DNA from: Planctomycetota bacterium
GTDB lineage: Bacteria; Planctomycetota; GCA-002687715; DRQF01
Reading direction: 5' to 3'
DNA: 64,000 nucleotides
Assembly (NCBI GenBank): GCA_036479435.1
Contig: JAZGFI010000017.1
Span: 38,607-102,606, forward strand
Part shown: piece after piece, positions 34,652 to 42,742 of the stretch
Numbering within the stretch: position 1 is the stretch's first letter
Layout of the letters: every line of letters begins with the position of its first letter
Notes under the pieces: generated by a model
The model's input: only the letters and a program-made list of their open reading frames with translations
Told to the model about the DNA's origin: nothing
The model's database searches: none
Made by a program: the position numbers and the translations under genes

Positions 34652-36109
34652 ATGCAAAGACAACCGTCTTCAAAAACCGCAGGGGATTACCCCCTCGAAG
34701 TCGACCCTCAACAACTTGAGAGTTGGTTTGTGGCCTTGAGCTCTCGGCTCGTCGCCCACATCGCCAGCCTCGGCGAGCAGCCGGCCGGATATCTTGGGGA
34801 TGGCCGAGAAGTTGCCCAGCTCATTAAGGCTCCGATGCCGGAAGAGGGAGAACGCGATTTCGAGTCGATCTTGACTTTTTTGTTCGACGACGTCGTTCCG
34901 ACGAGTTTCAACGCCGCGGGCCCCGGCTACTTGGGCTACATCCCCGGAGGAGGCCTGCCGCACACAGCCCTCGCCGACGCCTTTTCCGCCGGAGTAAACC
35001 GCTATGTGGGCGTTTGGGCGGCCGCACCGGGCTTGGCTCAGATAGAAATTGAAGTCGCCGATTGGTTTTGCCGCATGGTCGGCTACCCAATGAGTTCTTG
35101 TGGCATCCTGACCAGCGGAGGGTCGCTTTCGAACCTTTCTGCGATTGTCGTCGCCCGCGAGGAAAAACTCGGAGAGGACTTTGCGGACGGTATGGTCTAT
35201 TTCAGCGGCGAGGCACATTATTGTGTGCGAAAATCCGCCCGAATTGCGGGTCTTCGGGAGAGTTCGCTATCGCAGGTCGCTGTCGACGGCGAATACCGGA
35301 TGGATTTAGATGATCTAGAGGAGCGCATCGCCGCCGATCGAGCGCGCGGCAAAAAGCCCTTCCTGCTCGTGGGTAGCGCCGGTACGACGAATACCGGCGC
35401 AGTTGATGACCTTCTTCGTCTCAGTGAGATCGCCAAACGAGAAAACCTCTGGTTTCACGTCGATGCGGCCTACGGCGGTTTTTTTCAACTCACCGAGCGC
35501 GGGCAAAGTCAGTTGCGGGGAATAGAGAACAGTGATTCCGTGACCTTAGATCCCCACAAGGGCCTGTTTACTTCCTACGGTACGGGTGCTCTATTGGTCC
35601 GCGAGGCCGAACACCTGCGCCAAGCGCACAGCGAGCGTTCGGACTACATGCCGCCCTACCAGGAGACCGACGACGGCCCCCTTCGCTTTGATTTTTGCGA
35701 GTACGGACCCGAGCTTTCCCGCGGTTTTCGCGGTTTGAGAGTCTGGCTGCCATTCCAACTGCACGGGGCCCGCGCCTTTCGCGAGCAGCTCGATGAGAAG
35801 CTGGACCTTGCGCAGTACGCATTCGAAGAACTCTCGCAGTGGCCGGATTTGGAAATTCTCGCCGAACCCCAGCTCTCGACCTTCGCCTTTCGTTACCATC
35901 CGGCCGATTGCGCGGAAGATCGCCTGAACGCACTGAACGAGGCCTGGTTGTCAAAGATCATGTCGAGGCAGCGAGTGTTTTTGACTTCGACTCTGCTCCA
36001 AGGGCGCTTCGCCATTCGGATTTGCGTTCTTTCGTTTCGCACACATCGAGATCGAATCGATGAATGCTTAACGATCCTCAAAGAGGAACTCCCCGACCTT
36101 GATTGCTGA
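34652..36109 (+). CDS. Group II PLP-dependent decarboxylase (aromatic-L-amino-acid decarboxylase-like)
   Basis: TSGGSLSN, AGTTNTGAVD, HVDAAYGG, DPHK, GPELSRGFRGL. Confidence 0.9.
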   Translation: MQRQPSSKTAGDYPLEVDPQQLESWFVALSSRLVAHIASLGEQPAGYLGDGREVAQLIKAPMPEEGERDFESILTFLFDDVVPTSFNAAGPGYLGYIPGGGLPHTALADAFSAGVNRYVGVWAAAPGLAQIEIEVADWFCRMVGYPMSSCGILTSGGSLSNLSAIVVAREEKLGEDFADGMVYFSGEAHYCVRKSARIAGLRESSLSQVAVDGEYRMDLDDLEERIAADRARGKKPFLLVGSAGTTNTGAVDDLLRLSEIAKRENLWFHVDAAYGGFFQLTERGQSQLRGIENSDSVTLDPHKGLFTSYGTGALLVREAEHLRQAHSERSDYMPPYQETDDGPLRFDFCEYGPELSRGFRGLRVWLPFQLHGARAFREQLDEKLDLAQYAFEELSQWPDLEILAEPQLSTFAFRYHPADCAEDRLNALNEAWLSKIMSRQRVFLTSTLLQGRFAIRICVLSFRTHRDRIDECLTILKEELPDLDC

Positions 36110-37892
36110 CCTCAGAGCTTTCATCGAGATTCTGCGCCGCGAAGGCGAGATTATCGACATCGACGTCGAGGTCAGGCCTCACCTTGAAGTCGCTGAGATC
36201 CATCGCCGGGTCATTGCCGCCGGTGGACCCGCCCTGTTGTTTCACCGGGTTCAAGATTCAGACGGCGCCTTGGTGACAAACCTCTTCGGTACCAAACGAA
36301 GGGTCGACCTTGCCTTCGGTCAGCACGCAGAAAAAACGATTGCCGAGCTGAGCCGCCTTCCCGAAGAACTCATGCCGCCGAGCCTGGGGAAACTTTGGGG
36401 CAAGCGCGGGCTGTGGCGGCGTCTCGCCAAAGTCGGGCTGTCCCGTTCGCGCCGGGCCCCGGTTGCCGAGGTCGTTCAATCAGAACCCAAATTGACGCGC
36501 CTCCCGGCGCTCACGACCTGGCCCGAAGACGGGGGGCCTTTCATCACCCTGCCGCTGGTCTACACCGAGCATCCCGAAACCAAGGGGCACAACCTTGGAA
36601 TGTACCGCGCCCAGATTTTCAACGACCGTGAAACCGGGATGCACTTTCAGATCGGAAAAGGTGGCGGTCATCATCTCGCTGTCGCCGAAGCGAAGGGCGA
36701 GGCCTTGCCGGCGGCCATTATCATCGGCGGACCGCCGGCTCTGATTCTCGGTGCCATCGCGCCGCTGCCTGAAAACGTGCCCGAACTGATGTTGGCGTCT
36801 TTGGTGTTGGGGAAAAAGATCGCGATGCTAGACCGCGGTCCCCATCAGTTGGCGGTACCGGCGAATGCAGAGTACGTTTTGTCCGGAGAGATCCCCGCGG
36901 GTCTAAGACAGCCCGAGGGTCCTTTTGGCGATCACTACGGCTACTACTCACTTCGGCACGACTACCCGGTTTTTCGCTGTGCAGAGCTGCTGAAACGTAA
37001 AGACGCGATTTTTCCGGCCACCGTCGTCGGCAAGCCGCGGCAAGAGGACTTCTTCATTGGCGACTATCTCCAAGAGATGCTGTCACCGTTGTTCCCAGTC
37101 GTGATGCCGCAAGTCATCGATCTATGGTCCTACGGCGAGACGGGATACCACAGCCTCGCGGCCGCGGTGGTTCGCGAACGATTCGGACGTGAAGCCATGG
37201 CGGCCGCCTTCCGCATCCTCGGCGAGGGCCAACTCGCACTGACGAAGTTCCTTTTGGTGACGGATCAACGCGTCGATCTCAAGGACTTTGCCGCCACCCT
37301 CGAGTGCGTGCTAGAGCGTGCAGACCTGAGGAGCGATCTATACGTTTTCGCCAACCTCAGCATGGACACCCTGGACTACACCGGGCCGGAAGTGAACTTG
37401 GGAAGCAAGGGAGTGCTCCTCGGTGTCGGCGAGAAAAAGCGCGATCTAAGTCGTGAATTCAAGGGCCCGCTTCCCGCGGGCTGCTCTGATCTGCGCGTTT
37501 TCTGCGGCGGCTGTCTCGTCGTGAGCGGCCCAAGTTACGAAGGCGACCCCGCCTTCGCCGAAGTCCTTACTGGCAGTGAAGGCCTCGCCGACTGGCCCAT
37601 GGTCGTCTTGGTCGACGACGCCGAAAAGGCCACCCGAAGCGCGGTGAACTTTCTGTGGACGACGTTCACACGGTTCGAACCGGCGGCAGACATGTTCACG
37701 AAAAGCGAAGCTGTGCTCCGGCACCACCGGGTCTTTGAGGCCCCTTTGGTCATCGACGCGCGGCTGAAACCAAACTACCCTAAGGAACTCTTCGCGGACC
37801 CCGAGACGGCCAGCCTCGTCTCGAGGCGGTGGAAGGAATACTTTCCGGCGGGGCTCGAAATGGGAGATAGCGATGCAGCGCATCTGGACTGA
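36099..37892 (+). CDS. ubiD: UbiD-family prFMN-dependent decarboxylase
   Basis: GGPALLF, NLFGT, DGGPFITLP, NLGMYR, EGPFGDHYGYY, GKPRQED. Confidence 0.88.
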   Translation: MIADLRAFIEILRREGEIIDIDVEVRPHLEVAEIHRRVIAAGGPALLFHRVQDSDGALVTNLFGTKRRVDLAFGQHAEKTIAELSRLPEELMPPSLGKLWGKRGLWRRLAKVGLSRSRRAPVAEVVQSEPKLTRLPALTTWPEDGGPFITLPLVYTEHPETKGHNLGMYRAQIFNDRETGMHFQIGKGGGHHLAVAEAKGEALPAAIIIGGPPALILGAIAPLPENVPELMLASLVLGKKIAMLDRGPHQLAVPANAEYVLSGEIPAGLRQPEGPFGDHYGYYSLRHDYPVFRCAELLKRKDAIFPATVVGKPRQEDFFIGDYLQEMLSPLFPVVMPQVIDLWSYGETGYHSLAAAVVRERFGREAMAAAFRILGEGQLALTKFLLVTDQRVDLKDFAATLECVLERADLRSDLYVFANLSMDTLDYTGPEVNLGSKGVLLGVGEKKRDLSREFKGPLPAGCSDLRVFCGGCLVVSGPSYEGDPAFAEVLTGSEGLADWPMVVLVDDAEKATRSAVNFLWTTFTRFEPAADMFTKSEAVLRHHRVFEAPLVIDARLKPNYPKELFADPETASLVSRRWKEYFPAGLEMGDSDAAHLD

Positions 37893-39411
37893 TCGAATCT
37901 TGGGCGCGATCTTATGGCTCGCGGCCGGTGGTCTTTTTGCTCCGCAGTTAGCCCTGGGGCAAGGACCGCCCGACGAAGGTCCGCCGCCGGACGTTTCCGT
38001 GGCGGGCTTGGTGAAGGAGTTCGCGCATCCGCAGCTGTTGCTCATGCCGGGATCAAAAGACTGGCATCTCGTAAGCCAATTCCACAACCCGGCGGACAAA
38101 CCACTCGTCGCCGAAAAAACTGGCCGCGCCGCGGAGTACTCGCTGGCCAAGTTCGAGGGACCAGGAGCCTTGGTCAGGTTGTGGATCGCGAACGCCTCGG
38201 GGCATCTGTCCTTTTATCTGGATGGCGCTCCGAGACCGTCGCTGCGCGTTGACTTGAAGTTGCTCAGAAGCGGGCAGTTTCAGGTTTTCGAACCTCCATT
38301 TTCAGAGGCCGTCGGCAAGGGCGTCGTTTTCCGTTTTCCGATCCCCTTCATCAAGTCATTGGAAATTCGCACTGAGAACGACCCCGCGGCATGGACCGCG
38401 GACTGTCGTCGTTATCCCGACGGGTCCAGCGTCCACCCTTTTGACACCAAAAGCGCCGCCGCCCAGCTCTTTTTTGTGGTCCGCGAAGATGCGGAGATCT
38501 TATGGGCGTTGACCAAACCCAAAACAAAAGCCGCCAAGGTGCAGGGGTCTCATCCTGCCGCCGATGCGAGCTTGAGCCTGAAACCGAGTGAATCGAAGAC
38601 GATTTTTGAGGCCAGTGACGGTGGCCTTTTGGAGGAAGTCAGCTTCGAGCACTTTCTCCCGTTCTTGAGTGCCGACCAATTGGCGGGGCTCGTGATTGAA
38701 GTCGAAGCTGACGGCAAGCAACGCGTCTCGGTGCCCTTGATTGACTTCTTCGCCGAGGCCCGCAAGTTTCAGCCGGGGCGGGAACGCTGGACGAAACGCG
38801 AAGTCTTGTTTGAGGGGATTTGCCGCCGCCGAACCGCGCGCTGGCCGATGCCCTTTGAGAAATCTCTGAAGCTGAGCGTCGCGAATCGCGGCGATGTTGC
38901 CGTGCCCGCCATGCGCTTTTTCTTCCAGCAAGCAAAGAACAAGCCCGAGGCCTTCACGCACTATTTTCGAGCTGAGTCCTTTGAGCGCGAAATCGCTTTT
39001 TCTTCGGCGACGACACCGCTGGTGCTCTTGCCTCACTTGGCATCTAAGAGCCGAGTCGTGGCGGATCTCGTCCGCACGAGCTGGGGCCAATGGGATCGCA
39101 AGGGACCGGTTGTGAGCCGTGGCAGCGAAGAGACTCTAGATCCTCTCGCGGCCACGATGGCGCATTACCTCTCGATGAAACGCTTTGGCAAGGGCCGAGC
39201 GATCCGGGCTTTTGATCTCGTGTTTCAGCCGGGTGAATCGGAGACTCGTGTCATCGGACATGAATCTGAAACGCTGCTCATGAGGCAGCGTATGTCCGAC
39301 TACTTGAGTCTGCGAAAAGGAGACCGATTCTCAATTCCTGTGGGTTGGGATGGAAAAACGACACGTACTTTTCGCGGTTCGCTGTTCTACTTCGAAGCTC
39401 GAAAACTCTGA
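37873..39411 (+). CDS. Exported protein, DUF2961/GH172-like (divergent)
   Basis: Signal peptide; EGPGALVRLW...FYLDG...FPIPF and second PLIDFF...WPMPF motif. Confidence 0.5.
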   Translation: MQRIWTDRILGAILWLAAGGLFAPQLALGQGPPDEGPPPDVSVAGLVKEFAHPQLLLMPGSKDWHLVSQFHNPADKPLVAEKTGRAAEYSLAKFEGPGALVRLWIANASGHLSFYLDGAPRPSLRVDLKLLRSGQFQVFEPPFSEAVGKGVVFRFPIPFIKSLEIRTENDPAAWTADCRRYPDGSSVHPFDTKSAAAQLFFVVREDAEILWALTKPKTKAAKVQGSHPAADASLSLKPSESKTIFEASDGGLLEEVSFEHFLPFLSADQLAGLVIEVEADGKQRVSVPLIDFFAEARKFQPGRERWTKREVLFEGICRRRTARWPMPFEKSLKLSVANRGDVAVPAMRFFFQQAKNKPEAFTHYFRAESFEREIAFSSATTPLVLLPHLASKSRVVADLVRTSWGQWDRKGPVVSRGSEETLDPLAATMAHYLSMKRFGKGRAIRAFDLVFQPGESETRVIGHESETLLMRQRMSDYLSLRKGDRFSIPVGWDGKTTRTFRGSLFYFEARKL

Positions 39412-39421
39412 ACTTCGCCGT

Positions 39422-40996
39422 TCATCGTTTCCAAAGCCAAGTGCTGATATCGATCGTCTCGATGTAGCCTTTGTAGGGCGATCCAATTCTCAAGAGTTGA
39501 ATCCGCAGCGCCGCGTCGCGCCGTTGGGCGTCCGGGCTTGAGTCTGTCAGGGGGGCAACGATAAATAGGGCGCGCTGTCCTTTCAGGAACGCGAACTCTC
39601 TTTGGAGCCGCGGGCGAAGTTTCGAGTCGAGGTCGGCGGCAGTGAGCGTGGGAGCCGTCACCAGATCGGCGCCAAGATAGCTCCCAAGGATGTCGGCATC
39701 GTAGCCCGAATAATTGGTGACGATGAGGCGGCGGTCTTGAGGCTCAATCCAACGCCGCAGGCTCTCGGCGAGCTTGCGGTGGTTTTCTCCCGCCGCGACG
39801 GCCGGAGCGGGCAGGGGGCGAGACCAAGCAAACCAGCCAAATGCACCCATGGCGATGATCGCGACCAAGATGCCAGCATTGAATTTTAGGTGGGGTTGAA
39901 GAGTCTTGGCGATGATCTCGGCGCTCAAGGCGAAAGTCGCGGCGACGAGTGGAAGCCAGTAGATGGCGCGGAGATCGGTCACGCTCGTTGATGCCGGTGA
40001 AAGGGTGAAACCCACCAGGCCCCAAACGAGGCAGAAGAACCAGGGTTTTCGCCAAGGTTTTGCGTCCGAGCCGACCAAGACCTGAAGTAAACAGGCGAAG
40101 ATGAGCGCCAAAGAAGCGCGTCCAAAAAGCGCCATCAGACTCCAAAAAAGCGTTCTTGGTCCGGTCGCACGGTCTAACTCAGCAAAAGGAAAATCGCCGA
40201 GCCCTTTGAGGGCCAAAAAGAACTGACCGCTGGTGCCAGAAAAAACATCTGCATGAAGCCAAGTCACAACAAAGGCGGAGGCCATGGTCGAGAGTAGTCC
40301 GACCCAAACGCGTTTGCGGTCAGACGCAAGCTGCGCGAGCCCCAATCCCGCCGCAGCGGCGAGTAGTAAGGGTGCAGCGTAGCCCGCCCAAGCGCACTGC
40401 ATGCTCGCAAAAAACGAAGCCAACATGAGCCCATAATTCATCCGGCCAGGATTGTTTCGAAATCGGCAGTAAAACCAAATCCCACTGAGGGCTGCGGCCA
40501 TCGCCGTCGCCGACTGCACCGATGAGAGGACCATGATGCCGGCCGCGGGCAGGCTGAGCCAAGCGCAGAGGCCCGTGACCGAGCCAGCGACACCGGTTTG
40601 TCTTGCGAGTAGCAAGAACACCAACAGTCCCGCGATGAGCCAAGCGACGAAACTCGGCCCGCGCATGACTTTTTCGCCCTCGCCAAACTGCCGACGAGCG
40701 ACGGAGCGGAGCAAGTGATCGAGTACGGGTTGTTCGAAGGCGTAGGGCAGTTCCGCGGCAGAGCTGGCCGAAGGGTGAGGTGAGCCCACCGGCATGAAAC
40801 GAGTGGTGGTGAAGCCGAAGTGGACCGTCGTCTCCGCCATTTGCGCGTAGCGAGCAACTTTGGCGCCAGCTCGGCTGTGGGCGTAGGCGTCTCCAAGCTG
40901 CTGATAGACCGGATAAGCCAGAGTTACGAGGGCGAATCCGCAAAGTAGCCAAGCGAAGGCGGGACGCCGAATTTTCCGGTGAATGGGCTCTTGCAT
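39422..40996 (-). CDS. Multi-pass membrane protein, possible GT-C (ArnT/PMT-like) glycosyltransferase
   Basis: About 11-12 hydrophobic helices; loop QPVL...FGEGEKVMRGPS resembles the GT-C N-terminal motif. Confidence 0.5.
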   Translation of the reverse strand: MQEPIHRKIRRPAFAWLLCGFALVTLAYPVYQQLGDAYAHSRAGAKVARYAQMAETTVHFGFTTTRFMPVGSPHPSASSAAELPYAFEQPVLDHLLRSVARRQFGEGEKVMRGPSFVAWLIAGLLVFLLLARQTGVAGSVTGLCAWLSLPAAGIMVLSSVQSATAMAAALSGIWFYCRFRNNPGRMNYGLMLASFFASMQCAWAGYAAPLLLAAAAGLGLAQLASDRKRVWVGLLSTMASAFVVTWLHADVFSGTSGQFFLALKGLGDFPFAELDRATGPRTLFWSLMALFGRASLALIFACLLQVLVGSDAKPWRKPWFFCLVWGLVGFTLSPASTSVTDLRAIYWLPLVAATFALSAEIIAKTLQPHLKFNAGILVAIIAMGAFGWFAWSRPLPAPAVAAGENHRKLAESLRRWIEPQDRRLIVTNYSGYDADILGSYLGADLVTAPTLTAADLDSKLRPRLQREFAFLKGQRALFIVAPLTDSSPDAQRRDAALRIQLLRIGSPYKGYIETIDISTWLWKR

Positions 40997-41139
40997 GACG
41001 TTTCATAGAACGGGATTGGCCTCCAGGCAAGAGAATGAAGGTCGCGATTGTTGAAAGGTCTTTCCGAAGTAGGCTAGAAACGTAGAATCTGGCCATCACC
41101 CGCCGACCACTTTCGCCGTCCCTACTGACGAGAGAATTC

Positions 41140-42738
41140 GTGAAGAAACTCCTCATTGGCCTGATTTTGGCCAGCATCGCCACCTCCGCGTCCGCTCAGA
41201 TTCTCGCTATCAAGCTGAAAGACAAGAAAACTGAAAAGAAGTTCAAGAGGCACCTTACGGAGTTGGACGGTGAAATGGTCCTGCTCGGCGAGCACAAGTC
41301 AGGTTTTGATTTGAAGGATGGTGCCATCAACTTGCCGGGCCGGACCAAAGTCATCGAGCTTTGGGTCATCGATCAGGCGAAACCCAATCGGGTTCCTTAC
41401 CGAATCAAGAATGGCGTGAAAACGGCGCGGTCTAAAAGAAGCGTCTTGAAAATTCAGCGCGAGTTATTGCCGAAGAAGGAATTCGCGAAGTACTTCTCGC
41501 ACACGCAGAATCTCGCGGGTCTTGCCAAAGAATTTGAACTCAACCAGACTCGGCTAAAACAGATCGTGGCGGCGCGCGAATCGAATGAAGCTAATACTCA
41601 AGGTTGGATCAACTCCCAGCGGCTTCTGCTAGGTGCCCTACGTCGAGATATTCTTTGGTTGCGAACCCACGGATTCCTAAAGGCGGCCAAGCGCAAAGAA
41701 AAGTCGCTCGGCAAAGAAGAGAAAAGACTCCGCGAAGACGTCATCGAATCCCGCGGTCGGTCGGCCATCGCCTCGGTAAAGACGATCGAAATCCCTGCGG
41801 ACCTTCGTGAGGCATCCGAAAAAATCACCGGCGGTCGCTTGCGTTTTCACGGCTTTGAAAGCCGTCACGTTCGCCTGTTCGCGCCCAAATCAATCCCGGC
41901 CACGACGCTCAAAAAAGCGATCGAGTCGACCGAGAAAGTCATTGAGGGATTTCGCCGCGAGTTCGTCGATCCCTACGTCAGCGAAGACGAACCGGACATC
42001 ATTCCCGAAGAAGTGTTTGCTCTTTTTGTTTTCATCCCGGACGAAGCCAAAGCCTTTGAGGAGTTCTACCCTGAGTTCATGGGCGGTTCTTGGGGCAAGT
42101 TCAAAAAGAGCGCGATAGAAGGCTCAGGGCGGGCCACGCGCAATTTGCGCGGCATCAGTCACGCTTATTACTACAAAGAAAAAGAGGGCAGTGACTACGA
42201 ATGCTGGCTCGTCAACAGCCTGGGGCATGCCCTGGCGGATTGGCATTACGCTAAAGGGGGCGATGCGATGACTTGGCTGCAGGAAGGTATGGCCTACTAC
42301 CTTTGCTTTGAGTATCTCGGGCGCAACACCATCACTTGGTTTCAGCAAAAAGAGGGAAAGTACGACAAGCCAGACATCGGCGAGGAAGGTGCGAAGAATT
42401 TCGAGGATGGCGGTCAGCGTTCGACTTACAACCTCATGGCTCTCAAACGAGGGGTGCCCTTCGCAGACCTCGCACGTCGCGACCTCTACAAGATGGACGA
42501 GTTTGACTTTGCGAAATCGTGGAGTTTTGTTGACTTTCTGGCCCGCAACGATCGCGACAACATGCAGCGCTTGCTGCGTTCAGGTTGCACCTACGCCCGT
42601 CGCAAGTCGGGGTTTTTGCAGTCATGGCGCGAAGAGCTCCACGACATCTACGGCACGAAAAAAGGCAGCGACGCTTTCAAGGCCTTGGACGAACTCTGGA
42701 AGGCCTACGCCCGAGGAGTCCAGAGAAAGCGCAAGTAA
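41140..42738 (+). CDS. Exported protein with degenerate gluzincin-like segment
   Basis: Signal ASAQ; NSLGHAL...WLQEGMAYY...AKSWSFVDFL. Confidence 0.6.
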   Translation: MKKLLIGLILASIATSASAQILAIKLKDKKTEKKFKRHLTELDGEMVLLGEHKSGFDLKDGAINLPGRTKVIELWVIDQAKPNRVPYRIKNGVKTARSKRSVLKIQRELLPKKEFAKYFSHTQNLAGLAKEFELNQTRLKQIVAARESNEANTQGWINSQRLLLGALRRDILWLRTHGFLKAAKRKEKSLGKEEKRLREDVIESRGRSAIASVKTIEIPADLREASEKITGGRLRFHGFESRHVRLFAPKSIPATTLKKAIESTEKVIEGFRREFVDPYVSEDEPDIIPEEVFALFVFIPDEAKAFEEFYPEFMGGSWGKFKKSAIEGSGRATRNLRGISHAYYYKEKEGSDYECWLVNSLGHALADWHYAKGGDAMTWLQEGMAYYLCFEYLGRNTITWFQQKEGKYDKPDIGEEGAKNFEDGGQRSTYNLMALKRGVPFADLARRDLYKMDEFDFAKSWSFVDFLARNDRDNMQRLLRSGCTYARRKSGFLQSWREELHDIYGTKKGSDAFKALDELWKAYARGVQRKRK

Positions 42739-42742
42739 AAAA

